A DNA stretch of 64,000 bases from Vicugna vicugna. Its lineage: Eukaryota. How positions within the stretch are numbered: position 1 is the stretch's first letter; each line of letters opens with the position of its first letter. Positions 1 through 14,720 of the stretch are shown here, piece by piece. The stretch spans positions 372,001 through 436,000 of the forward strand of contig MU057701.1 of NCBI GenBank assembly GCA_013265495.1, read 5' to 3'. The translations under genes were made by a program, and so were the position numbers. Below the pieces are notes generated by a model that worked only from the letters and a program-made list of their open reading frames with translations, was not told where the DNA came from and ran no database searches.

Positions 1-456
1 GTAATAAAGGAAACCCTAGACTTATCTGTCAATATTTCAAACATTTAAAGAAAAGTTTATCTTTTCCTAAAATTAAATGGCACAGACTAACTAAAATGTC
101 AGGTTTCTTTGTTTTTGGCTAGGATTTTATCAAGTAGGTGCTGTCATTTTTCTTGCACTGACTTCTAACTACAGGCCTCTGGTCAATTTTTTTTATAAAG
201 GAAAGATGAATTACTATTACATAATGAAAGCCATTTCTTTTGAAAATAAAATGAGTAAAGAATGGGAATCAAAGGAAGAGAGGGAGATGGAGATCCCAGA
301 TAAGAACCATTCCACTACTGACCAACCATATACACCTTCTCCCCTGGGTTTCCTGAAATAAACAAACTTTAATATACCATTTTTACATAAATAAAGTCAA
401 CACACAATAAAATATCAACCCCAAATTTTAAATAAACGCTTAACAAGACCAGACTA

Positions 457-690
<234 letters not shown>

Positions 691-1917
691 TCAACAAAAT
701 TAACTTCACCCATAAGAAGAAAATTACCAGTCAATTCTAATGTTGCTTTATGCCTATGAGTAATTTTAACCTAAACATCTAATACCTATGATGCCAAGAT
801 TTTCTCCAAAATTAACTATAGTAATAAAAGCACAGCAGGCTCCTGGTATACCACTGCTAAATGGGCTGATGTGGGGAAGGCATGGAGCCAGAATAGAGGA
901 AAAAAAAAAGGCAGAAATGACAGCAGTTCAATATTAGATAGGAATCTTGCTCTATGAGATTTGCTAGCTAGCATGTTTTCTATACTAAAAATTTTTAATG
1001 CATATTTTTATTTATGTGGATCATATACATGCAGACACAAAGAGCTATAGATACTGAAAATACACACAACTGAAGGACATTCCAGTCTTCAACTGTAAAA
1101 TGAATACTCTCCACCAATGAAAATATATAGAGTACTTGATTCATCACCGACTGCAGCAAATTACTGGCAACAATAAAAGAGCAATCACATTTTGAGATAT
1201 TGATAAAAGCCACAGTTAAATCCAAATTTATTTTTATATCCATCTATCCTACTGCTTTCAGAGGAACCTAAAAATGATTTTCACTTGACTGCCATAATCA
1301 ATATTGTTAAATTATACTAAACTTTAAAAAATCTTAAGTTTTTGGTGGTGGCAGTGACTGGAAAGGAGTACAAAGGGGCTGGTAACATTCTGTTTCTCGG
1401 GCTGGATGTCAATTACAAGGGTATGTTCAGTTTGTGACTGTTCTCTGAGCTGTCACCATATTTTTACCTTTATAGATGCATACTATATTTAATAGAAAAC
1501 TTTAAAAACTTTTTTACTAAGTTTCATGGTTTTTCCTTCCTTCTTCCTTCCCATCCTTCTTCTCTTTTAAGAAAGATTCCTTGTATAATACAGCCAGACA
1601 TAGATAAGTAAACCATTCTGTGGTTTGTCAGTCTGTTTGTTTATTACATCATGTAGCTTTATCCACACGTTATATATTTAGCCACAGAGAAATATGTTAT
1701 AGCTAGCAGAACCTAAAGTTTCGTTTCCAGAACTGCCCTATTGTGAAAAATTACAGCTCTGACTTTTGAAGTGTTCTTTAACAGACATAAAATTAAACCT
1801 AATTTGCAACACCAGGGACACCACATAACTCTGCTGGGAATAATCTGTCCCTAGAAACAGTGCCGTTTTGACTTCCTCCCACCAGACTACAGGAAGTGGG
1901 ACAGAGGGGGCAGTTCA

Positions 1918-2124
<207 letters not shown>

Positions 2125-3228
2125 TTAAACCCACTTAGAAAAAAACAATCCACCATGCTGAAACTTCTGATGTACTAAACCTCAACATGCCAAACACTGG
2201 AATAAGCAGAGTCAAAAATACGTTTTAACTCAATAAAAAAAGTTTAAAAAAAAATACGTTCTAGTATTTTTATACAACTATAAAGAATGAGGCTAAAATT
2301 TCTAACTTTCCATTTCAGTATGCCAACACTAATCTGGAGTTTGTACACACAGGTTAAGAAAGGGGTCCTCCAACATGAGAATAAACAGCTGCTGCCTTAG
2401 TGATTTTAGGGATGAAACCCACTGCATCATTGGGGGGAGTCAATAAACTATTTCACTAAATTAATCAACTATTGAAAATGGTGAGCTGACAGGATATACA
2501 GCCCATGACTAAAAAGTTTATTTTTAATTATTAGCAAAAAGCTATCTTTATCTTGCAAAGTATAAGGAGCCATTTTTGCTTATAACTTTGACACTAAGAA
2601 CAATATTAAACTACTTCGGGCAAAGAAACAAAAACAGAATTTGTTCCTCTACATTTAACTCTTTCCTGGATGTCTGGACAGCTACAATACTACATAGGTT
2701 CAATCTTAATAACTGTGACAAAAGAGAAAAAACCTCAAATTGCAACTCTGTAAAATTGATATTTTAATAGAAAAACTGTTAATTCTCTCTCATACATAGG
2801 TACTAAGATCAGACATGTTCTTTTAGATTTTGACTACTATTTTTAATTAAGCACTGTGTTTCTTATGATAGTGAAAAATTAGCTCTTCTGAAGAACAAAT
2901 GTTGGGGACAGGTACTGGGGAATCGTAAGAAGGGCAATTTAAATGTATCTGATAAGGAAAAGTTTCATACTATGGAGAACTGAATTTCAAATTACTAAAC
3001 ATGAAAATGATAAACACTGATAAACTCATTCATTCCACTCTCTATCCAAAGAAGAAAAAAAGGGTAAGATAGCAATTTTCCTTCAGAAATATCAATAATT
3101 TCCATTGTTAGTAGAGAAATATTTAAAGTACTTAAATTGTAACATATAGCACAATTTCATAGGATGTTTTAGAAAGCAAAGTTTTAACATCAAAATATAA
3201 TAAAAGTTTCTTTCACTATGATGACTCA

Positions 3229-3426
<198 letters not shown>

Positions 3427-4913
3427 TCACTCAACAATAAATATATAAATGTCATCTGGTGCTAATGGCCCCAAGACTAACAGTTAAATCAGTACATACA
3501 AATAAGATTTTAAAAGATACTTTATAAGATAGCAGCTTTTCACCACAGCAAAAAGCTGACTACTAAACACTGATGGGCAAAATCCTTTCGCTAGTTATTT
3601 GCTAAAACATCAAAAATAAAACAATGGTAGTTTATAAGTAACTTTAGCCTAAACATACATATTAGACATTAAAATAAAGAAAATCACACCTAAAATCTAA
3701 TATAAAAGAGAAAGTTATAATCCTACTTTGACCAAAAACAAAGATTATTAGCAAATTCACTACTTTGATTATTGAGGTTTATGTGTGTGTGTGTGTATAG
3801 GCAGGTTATATATAATTTTTTAGTCTAAAACCGTATCCTGGCTGAAAAAACATCACCAGTCTGAAGAAAACAAAGTGACTGACAACAAATATCAAAAATG
3901 TACATTATTAAATATCCCCCAGATCCAAACACCTACAGTAGGAGGCATCCATGTTTTGGTTACTGTTTCCACTCACACTGGGGCAGAGGAGACTCTGTAG
4001 AAAAGGGAAGAAAAAGTCTCTTTGCCCCTAAAAGAGGGGAAAGAGGCAAAAATCTTGCTGTCTCCATGTGTCCCCTATTGCCAACTCACTGAGGTAGGGA
4101 GAAGGGGATGCTCTTTTTATTGGTACAGCAAAGAACACAAAGCAGTTTCTCAACAGAAATGACAAGTTACAAAACGCTCTGTATTAATTAGCCTCCTCTG
4201 GGTTGGCCCAAGAACCTAACTTCTATTTCCATCTCTATTGCTATGAATATCAGTAAGTTCCAACAGTCTGTTTATACAACTTTCTAATGCAACTTGTTTT
4301 TAGGGTGGGAACTTTCTAAGTCTTACTGACTAGCAGTAATCACCACCACCATCACCATCATCATCCATTCAAACAAATGGTTTTGGCTGACAGCAAAGTA
4401 TCAATAACTGTGGTCTATGTAATGATAGTGGCCCAAGCATGATTTGGACACATGCATTTTTCTTCCTATTGAGGAGAATTTGTGCTTTTTGTTCTACAAG
4501 ACTAATTAAGGAAGATGACTATATAAACGTAGGATCAAATTGGAAAAACCTGACTAGTGGAAAAAACCTATTGTTTTTGTTAGATAACATTTTAATTAAA
4601 TAGAGCTAGGCTTGAATCAGGAACTGAATAAATAATAAAATTGTTATACTATTGCTTAAGCTGATAAAAGTAACTTGAATTCGTCAAACTGATTGAGCCT
4701 GAGCCTTGGTTGTCAAATCCGTAAAACAACCCTCCACAGACAGAGTTGATAAGAGAATTAAATGAAATAAAGTATAAACAATGCCCAGAACAAAACAGAC
4801 AGTTGACTTCCAGTAAGTGTTCTTTTACATTCTTGCTCTCCAGGCTCATTCTTTACTCCTCCTCACAAAACTATACTGTTTAGGAGATTTGGGTATTTAA
4901 TTTGTGTGGCAAA

Positions 4914-5592
4914 TATGCAGAGTATAATCTTAAAGTAATGAGACTGATTGTTAAATAAACATACCAAAATTTACGTTTCAAATAAGTGTTGTTCCATTCA
5001 AAGAAGTCAGTTGGGAGGAAACATAACTCATTCCAATGATGCAGCCACTGTTCAAAACATTTTTGAATGTTTTTCTAACTGCCCTCACCAGCCAGCTATG
5101 AGCTGCATGTACGAGAAAATAAGTCTCATTACATGAGAGGCACGTCTATCTCTCTGTTTTCTTATTTTAAATCCCTAATGGTGTTGCTCAGTTTGATCAC
5201 CTACATTTACCAGACATGTCCCAGAAAGATTTTAAAGCTTTTCTAAAATTAAATCTACCCTCAGAAAAGAAAGTTTGGCCACCATTCATTTAAGATAAAC
5301 AGAGGTTTATCAAGGGCCTCCAGATGTCTATACTCTGGGCCAGGTGCCAGGAATAAAAGGTGAAGAGACCCATCACTACCTTCCAAGGACTTAGAAGAAA
5401 TTTGTCCCTGGCTTCGAAAGCAATTCCAAAAGAAGAGAGCAAAAAAGTGTTGAGCAATGTCAAAAATTATAATACAGCAGCATTAAATAAATATTCTTCC
5501 AAAGCAACTACCTTAAAGTGATACCATATTTTGATGGTTAAGTTTTGCCATATTTATCAGAACTTCTTCTCACTTTATACCTGCACTTTGTA
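4914..5592 (+). mobile_element. Ancient mariner-like DNA transposon fossil (MARNA-like), interrupted by a short L2-like piece near 5285-5395
   Basis: Left end ...aaagtaatgagactg resembles a mariner TIR; decayed remnants resemble PDxxxxDFxLFxKIK and KAIPKEE of a mariner transposase C-terminus. Confidence 0.5.
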
Positions 5593-5847
5593 TAATATTA
5601 GTTTGACTTTACATAGTGCTTGTACTTAAATATAATAATCTTAATAGTATGTGATTTAAAAAAACCTATCATAATTGTTGTCTCTACACTACATTAATGT
5701 AAAACTATTTTATAATTAAAAATTAAAGAAAATTGTAAAAAACACCAACATTGTCCAAATTTGAATTTTTCACATGATCTACAGTAAGTAAATACCATCT
5801 GATCAATTAGAGAACAAACAGAGTAGCAGTCACTAAAATGTCTAAAC

Positions 5848-6070
5848 TAGGAGTTGACAATTTTTTGTGTGTGAAGGGCCAAACAGTATACATTTGGGGG
5901 TTTTTTTGGCCATACAATCTCTGTTGCAACTACTTACCTCAGCTGCCGTAGCCCAAAAACATCCATAGAGAATGTAGGTAAATAAATGGGCACAACTGTG
6001 TCCCAGCCAGTAAAATTTTATTTACAAAAACAGACAGCAGGCCAGATATGGCCCACAGGCCAACCCCCAG
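5848..6070 (-). mobile_element. MER58A-like hAT MITE
   Basis: gaagggccaaacagta...tctctgttgcaactact...ttttatttacaaaaacagacagcaggccagatatggcccacaggcc matches the remembered reverse consensus. Confidence 0.75.
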
Positions 6071-6122
6071 TCTACACCGAATGCAGAAGCCCTATGCATT
6101 CAGACACCCTATCTGTGTCTCA

Positions 6123-6338
<216 letters not shown>

Positions 6339-7029
6339 TTATATTTATTAACATCTCACCAGTATCTGACTATTGACATTATGATTTTAAGACTACAATA
6401 TCTGGAAATTAACAAATAAATCTGATAACCGTTAACACTCTACTGGGTTAGAATTTAGCATACAACTGTGACCTGCCCTCAACCAAAAAAGAATCAAGCA
6501 GAAAGTATAATACTATAGATATAATGCTATATTTTTAAGTGTTCAGAGTAATCTTACAACAAAATGACACACAAAGAGTTTCATAAGCATTATTTTTTTT
6601 TAATTCAAAACGTTCCCATTGGGAATTACTTTTTTCTAGAATATTCTTACAAAAATATACTTAATTTACAATTATCTATGTTAATAAAAAATAGTGAATT
6701 GTATACGTACAAGAGAAATTTTAAAGTTTTCTGCATTTCTACTTTAGAATATATCCTTATACCTATATCTAAACAGACCTCTATCTAAAATTCTGGAAAT
6801 TTCAAGGTAAATTTTTCGACAATCAGAAAATCCTTTACCTACCCACGCCCTCACCACCAGCAAAAAAAAAAAAAAAAAAAAAAATCTTCCATTAATTACA
6901 AAAGAAAAATCTTAATAGGCCTCATGCAACAGATTACTAACATGGTACAGAAACAACTCATCCATCTATCCACCCACCTCCCCCTCCATTTCTCACCCAC
7001 CCATATCACAAAGATCTCCTGGGTATCTA

Positions 7030-7990
7030 CTCTGGTCCAGCACAGAGGCAAATCACATGGCTTGCAAGCTTTCATAAAGGCTTTGGATTTACTCTGATTT
7101 AAATGGAAAGCCATCAGAGAGCTGTAACAAGGCACATGTCATGTGACATGATTTATGCTGTTTCTTTGGACAGAATTCATAGTTTGGAGGTTGGGAGAGG
7201 GTTGGACAGTGGTGTGTGTGATGGTAAATTTAAACAACCAGCTTCGGGCGGAAGAGGGGATGACCTGATCTGTAGTGTGTGCTGGTTTCTGTGGTAGAAG
7301 ACATACTATCAAGGGCAATTTCAAGCTACCAACATGATGTCACTAAATATGAACTTGAGAAGACATGTACATAACTGGCTTTCACAAACCAGTACAAGCG
7401 ACTCAACACACCACAGTCCGGGAGAGAGGCAGAGGCAGGGGACAACAGAAGGGAGACCAGTAAGGAGGCTGCTGTAAGGGTCCGAACAAGAAAAAAGAAT
7501 AGCTTGGACTAGGCTGGCAACAGCAGAGATATGACAATGGTCAGATTCACATTTTCAGAGTAATGCTGACAGGATTTGCTGACAAACTGGATGTGGAATT
7601 TAAGAAAAAGGACGATTCTTCGACTTTGAAACTGGATGAATGACAGTGCGCAGTGATAGGGAGGAAGACATTTGGGGTGGGAACTGAGAATTCAGTTTTG
7701 GACATAGCGATAGATGTTCAAGTAGAGATACCCAGTAAGCAGGGGCATATATAAATGCGGAGTTCAGATGAATGCCTGGGACAAGAAATATACAATTGAG
7801 ATAATATTTAAACCTTGAGACTAGATGAGTTCAGCTGGAGAATAAGTGTGAATAAAAAAGAAACCAGTTGGAAGAATGACTGATGGACTACTTCAACATT
7901 TAGAGGCTGGGAAAAGGAGAGGGACATAGGAAAGGAGACTGGGAAAGAGCAGTCAATGAAATAGGGGAGACTTAGGAGATTTGCAGGGGT
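7030..7990 (-). mobile_element. L2 LINE fragment, with an opposite-orientation L2 fragment following at about 8010-8420
   Basis: Typical L2 antisense motifs (ggatttgctgacaaactggatgtgg; gagaattcagttttggacat; aaccttgagactagatgag); boundaries approximate. Confidence 0.7.
7207..7416. mobile_element. MER63-like hAT MITE nested in L2
   Basis: Terminal cagtggtgtg...cacaccacag; internal tttcaagctaccaacatgatgtcact. Confidence 0.65.
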
Positions 7991-10900
7991 CCAATCGAGG
8001 GACAGAAACTCCCATGTCACTAAATCATTTGGACACTTTCTGGGCCTACCAAGTTACTTGACTTATTAGCAGCATCCAGTTCTGTGGTTGCTCCCTCCGT
8101 AAAGCACTCTCTCCCCTCAGCTGCCATGACTCAGCCTCTCCTGCTTCCTTCTACCTCTCCAGGCTAGGGCTTCTTAAGGCTTAGTTTTCAGTGCTCTCAT
8201 CTTCTCAAGCTCTGTTCTCTCACCTGACAATCTTATCCCAGGTCCATGGCTTCAATTACCACCAATACCCTGGTGACTCACATTTTTCTCTCTTCAGCCA
8301 ACACCTCACCTCTGAGCTCCAGGATGCAGCTCCAACTATTTATTTGACATCTGTCTTCCCTAGAACGTTTCAAAGGCAGCTCAAATGTGATATGCACAAA
8401 CACTAATCTTGTGATCTTCTAACTAACACTCCGTGAAACAATTAAAACTGGTCACTGTCTTTTTTTTAAGCAAAGCAAAAAAAAAAAAAATAGCACTTAA
8501 TAAATGCCCCTAATTATAAATTACAATAGAGGAAAGTAAAGAAATGTATTTTAAAACATTACTATGATAGGAAGGACTAAAAGTTGTTAAAAATCTTAAG
8601 CATGCTTTAGTTTGTAATAAAAAATGTCTAATCAGATCAGCAAAGCAGAATTTACTTTTAAATATATGAAAAATTTCATTTTATAAATTATCTGAAAAAA
8701 TCATTTATAAATTATGATTCCATTAATATTAACTAAAGTGTATGTATTTAAGCACATAAATTACTAGAAATTAAACTCCAAAATGTTAGCAGTGTTTATC
8801 TCTGGCTGGTAAGATTATGGATAATTTTTATTTTCTTCTTTATGTTTTTCTATATTTTTCATATTTCCTTAAATGAACATTTCATTATAAAATTGAAAAA
8901 GTGGTTTTTCAAATTAGTCATTAATTTCAAGCACTGCTTCTTACTCAAAGGAAAAATAGAAACCAAAGTTCTAAGTCTCACTGCTGATTTTTTTGTAGTT
9001 AGGAAAGCTACCTCAAATTGAAGCTAGGAAGAATACAAAGTTTGATTATTAGTCCTATTTCCTTAAAATTATAATAGTCTAGGGCTGACTTCAAAAAGAT
9101 TTAAATATTTTCCCAGTACTTTCATTCTGTACAACACTTAAGGTAGACACTATCAATCAGATTATTTCAACCACATCTAAAATTTTTCAAAATTGGAGAA
9201 TTGACACTTGTCAAAATCATAGTATAAAATGTGACACCAGCTAATTTACATATTTCTAGACACAAACCATCCACAGATCCCACATGATTTATAATGAAAT
9301 TTAAAACAGGAGACTGTCTGGTAATGTACCATTTTAATTCACTGAAATTTTATTCACGTATTGAATTTATATGCAATGAACACTCCCAAAAATGTTATTA
9401 CTTAAGATATTACAGAATCACAAAGACCTGATCTATTTCTTTAAGGAGCTATATAAAATAATATACACCTTCTATCTGCCCAGAAAATAGTAAATGCACA
9501 CTTTCTCCATAGATAACATTTATCTACTAAGTGACAACTTCGCCAGAACTAGATACTGATCTTCAGAGCCACAAACAGAAACTACATTTTCCTCTCTATT
9601 CCATTTTAAAATCTTCTAACTCTAATAAAGTAAAAACTGAAGCTAAATGTAATCTAAAATGGATCCTAAAACTTCCATGCCCAAATAATTTAAGCTCAAC
9701 TCCTGTCAACTAACAGAATTTTATACATTTTAACTATAAGTGTGCATATTTAAACATACTTACTGTTTTAACTATTTAATATTTGTGACTACTGTCATAC
9801 TTTATCACATTTCCCAGGGCCCACCTACACTATGATACGAGAAGGTAAACTTTTCATCATCAGCTTTACTCCACAGACACCAACTCTTCAAGGTCATGTG
9901 CGGACACTTAGTGCCCTCTTGTGTTCCTTCCCCTGCATTCTGAGACAATTCAGATAAAGGTGATCTTCCTAGAGTGCTCAGCCATTCTAATTTTCTCTAT
10001 TCCATCTCCCATACCTCTCCTATTTGTTGTCCATTAGGAAAATTATAAATTAATCTGCGTTAATATAGTAATAGAAGGTGCTAATAAATCCTAACATTTT
10101 AATGTATTAATCCCCCTAGGAAATGCATTCACAAGTTAACATCTTTCCTGAACAAAAAAGCTATGGTGAAAGTGTAGTGCCACATAAAGAAAGTATTTGG
10201 CGAAGCCAAGCCTTTTCTTATTTTATTCTATTTACTAAATGAAATAACATGAAATTTGTATTTAAATAAATTTAAATGTTTTTCCATCTCTGACTGAGCC
10301 ACTTAAGACTTGGGGAGAGATGAGATTTTCTGCTAGAGGGCAAATTTCTGAATTTGAGCCATTATGACTATACATATACCCTCCTGGAACATAACTTCAC
10401 ATTCTACATATTTAGTTACACTATATGCGGGATTATAACTCCCAAAACATAATTTTACGTGGGACAAGCTAAACATAATGCTAGCCAAATAATGGATTTT
10501 ACTATTTATCAATAACAGCTCTCCTGCTCCAAATGTCAAAAGACCTATGCTAGGTCAACCAAGACTTGAGGGGCCTTCATTCCACTGTTTCCAAGCCAAG
10601 TACATCATGATAATTGAGATTGTCACAGTTCCTATGTAACACACACATATACAAACATGAATACACACACATGCTCTGCCAACAATAAAGGCAAACAACA
10701 TCTACATAAAAGTAAGAACACTCATATGAAAAATGCTACCAGCTAATTCACTTTCACTTATGAGCTAAAAAAGATTATAATCTGAAGCAAACTAGTTATT
10801 GATGAATTTATCCACTGGTAAACACCACATTTTCATTTACAGTGATTGTATACATATACATGTGATATTTTCCTATTAAATAAAACTGGTTTCTACTTAA

Positions 10901-11818
10901 TTATTTCTTCTCTAATTTGTCTTCCAGAGTAGAAACAGAGAATGGCATATAAACCTGTGTTAACAGGCCATGCCACTTTTCTCTTCTTTGTTCTTTTTAA
11001 TACAATTGTAAAATCATTCAAATGGTTTTGGTTGTGGTTATTACAGAATTAAATAGTGCATCCTCATTTTTCCATGCCTAGGCTCAACTAGAAATAAAAA
11101 GTTAGTGAATTATGATTCAAAAGTGTGGTTAGAAATTAATTTTTAAACAATAATTGTATTTGAACAACATAGGGCATGACATATTAGTTTATAAAATGGC
11201 AAAACTAAACATTAATTCATATAACAATGAAAGCAAATGGTATAATAAATAACCATTTAATGATGCTTTATTGTTTTCTGAAGAAAAGGATTTTATTCCC
11301 CCACAATCCTGTATTTAAGAACATTTCATATCCATATATACCAGAGGACCTATATCAACCTAGATTTTTCTTTGACACTCTGTCTCTTAAATGATAGCAA
11401 AGAGTTGTAAATACCAGTCAATTACATTTTGTTGCAGAAATTACTTCCATTTCATGCTTCTCTAATGTGCAGCTTCTATGAAATTACCTGTATTATCACA
11501 GTCAAAATTTTATTTCCATAAAGAACTATCATTGCATGATTACTCTGCCATGCAAAATATGCTAAAATTTTTAATTAAAATTGATTTAATCATATTTATA
11601 TTACTTCATCATAGTAGCTTTTAGAGGTACACATCGAAATCAGCTCAGATTGTAACAACATTTTAATATACAAAACTTAAAAAAGGATGTCTTTCTCTTT
11701 ACTTAATGTTTAAGAAATAAATGGTCAAAGATTTTTCAATTATCCCTTAATTTAAATGGTTTCTTCAAAAGGCATAACCTCCAAACGCCAATGCACAGTT
11801 AAAATTTTTGGTTTTCTA

Positions 11819-12052
<234 letters not shown>

Positions 12053-12543
12053 TCAAGCAGTATAATACCAAAAAAAAAAGCAGTGGCCATTTTAAAATTA
12101 TACATTTCCCTCAACCTACTCAGTAACCTCTAACATATTATTCAATTATGCTTTTAGGAAATTATTCTTAAAGCTTAATTACTCTTCAAGCTATAAAGGA
12201 GATAAGTTCCCCAAATTATTTTTAAATCTATCGTATAAAATTATTTTTTAGAAATCCAACCCTTTTGGCTCTAACGTACATCACAATTCCTTAGCAGATG
12301 TGGCATTTTGATGACTATTTAAAAGCTACCATTCTCTGCATTGCAAATTTTTAAAAACAGTATGTTTTAAGAGAATTAAAATTTTAGCGGGGCTTGAGTG
12401 TGGGTCTTTTTCTTTCTTTTATATTTTTTAAAAATTTTTACAAGCTGGATGAAAACTGCCTCACTAGCCCTTGCCTTGTACTCACAGTAAGGACAGAAGT
12501 TGTGCCCTACTTATGAGACCAGAGCACACATAGCACCGCCTCA

Positions 12544-12765
<222 letters not shown>

Positions 12766-13929
12766 TTACCAATAAACAGAACATGACACACAAGTATCCT
12801 GAATTTTACTGAACCATTAAAAATACTGAAATAGTAGCATCTATAAAAACAAATACTTATTCTGAAACTACTTTTTTAAAAAATTTCCAACAGAGTTGGT
12901 GTAGGGTGCTTTACCATGCTGATCAACATTCACTTCAGTTATCTTGTCCTATCCAAGCGCAAAAAGATTCTGATAACTAACCTAAAGACCTCACACACTG
13001 CTAGCACTTCTAGTCTAGCTGCTGCCAAGTCTATAAATAGTAATGGCAATGCCTCAGGAACTTAATTTCCCTCTGTTACATAAAAGCATCAGAAAACTTT
13101 TTTTCTGTTAATAATGTAGTAGTAGTTTCTTTGCATAGCAAATAAAATATAAAAGGGAAACTAATTGATTTTCAAGTTCTAATCATTAAAAGATCTCTTG
13201 GTAAAAAGTAAAGCAAGGGAAAAAGAAAAAACCGGTATGTTACTGGTTAAGAGATATCAAACTTTTACAAAGTTCTTAATTCAGAAAACAGCAGGGTTTT
13301 TTTGGTAAAGGTCAAACAATATAAAATGTTTTCTAATATTTTCACACACAAATAATATACATATGTCCTATTTCTCAGGGTAGGGAACACCTGTCATGAC
13401 AGCACAAATGGCTGCTGTAATGAGATCTATCTTACTAGTGTCCCTTCTATGACTTGGCTAAGTTTTGAAGATTTAAATGGACAGCAGATGCTGAAAGAGA
13501 TCAAACTAAGCAGAGAATCAACAGGATTCTTTCTCATAACTACAATTATAATACTAAATTTTGCAACAACTATGGCAAAAATGTTAAGAGATGTAAACCA
13601 AAATAGGAAGGGTGTGTAAAAATGACTCTTAGAAAATTTGCAAAATGTCTACAAAATAATCCTGAAATAGGACACGATTTAGACAGGAAAATTCCCACTC
13701 TGTAAGGCTATACTCTACTTAAAACAGAAGCTAGTTATTTATGGAAGATTTTCTTAACTCTTTCAGTTTTAAAAAATCATAACCAATGTTATACATTATG
13801 ATAGATAATTTCAAACAAGCAAAGAAAATTGTCATAAAAATTGTAAAATCCTAGAAAACAAATTTTAACCATATAAGCATGCCATTACTTATTTTTCTGG
13901 AATTTAAATTTTTTAAAGTAAAAAATAGA

Positions 13930-14058
13930 GGGGAGGGTATAGCTCAGTGGTAGAGTACATGCCCAGCATGCATGAGGTCATGGGTTCAATCCCTGGTACC
14001 TCCAGCAAAAGTAATAAATAAATAGATAAATTTAATTACCTCTCCCTCAAAAAAAAAA
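13930..14058 (+). mobile_element. tRNA-derived SINE (camelid-type)
   Basis: gggagggtatagctcagtggtagag (A box)...gggttcaatccc (B box)...(AAAT)n-aattacctc-polyA; aagtaaaaaa occurs on both flanks. Confidence 0.85.
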
Positions 14059-14261
14059 TTTAAGTAAAAAACAAAAGGACTCTGACCAGTGGCACTAGAT
14101 TCCCTGGAATTCGTTTACTAAACCTCCGAAGAATCCCTCAGCATTAACCAGTTTATTTACCCATAATTCTGCCAGTACCTAGCAATGCTCCATCTTCTAT
14201 AAATGAGGAAACTGCTTTAGGTGACCACTAACATGTGGCAGATCTAGCATGTGGCAGACAC

Positions 14262-14720
14262 TATAGACTGGTTACCCCCAAACCATCCATGGCACCCTTC
14301 TCTAGGGTGAACCTAGACTCTATAATACTCCATTTCCCAGCGTCCTTGGCTGAAGAGTCAACTCTGGTCAATGAGATGTAAAAAGAAGTCCCTCAGAAGA
14401 GCTTCTATAACCAATAAAACAAAAACAAAGCCTCACTAGAAGAAAGCCCTTCCTACCCCTTTGCCTTCCTCCTTCACCTGGCTGGAAGAAGCTCATGATA
14501 AATGAAGCTGGAGAAGCCATCTTATAATCACGAGGCAACAGGCATCAGGAAGAAAACTAACATGCTCTACATGGTAGAGAGGAGAAGACGACCTTGGTCC
14601 TCAATGGTACTGCCGAGCCCCTGCACCAGCCTTGGACCACCAAACTTAGCTCTGGGCTTCTAGCTCTACTTGTTTAAGCCACAGTTAACTCAACACACTG
14701 TTCCCTGCATCCATACCTGA
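14262..14720. mobile_element. Old solo LTR (ERVL/MaLR, LTR16/33-like)
   Basis: catttcccagcgtccttg...ctctggtcaatgagatgtaa...agccatctt...cttgtttaagccac motifs. Confidence 0.55.

Noticed and set aside
336..352. 17-nt microexon-like segment downstream of exon 18
   Set aside because: Poor donor (gtgtat), frameshifting, no other support.
9825..9939. Exon-like segment (ctcag|...tag|gtgggc on the minus strand)
   Set aside because: Weak polypyrimidine tract and donor, stops in the incoming frame; not distinguishable from chance.
13930..14003. tRNA gene-like sequence with A and B boxes (also at 35182 and 54270)
   Set aside because: Followed by a SINE tail and flanked by TSDs, so it is a SINE head, not a tRNA gene.
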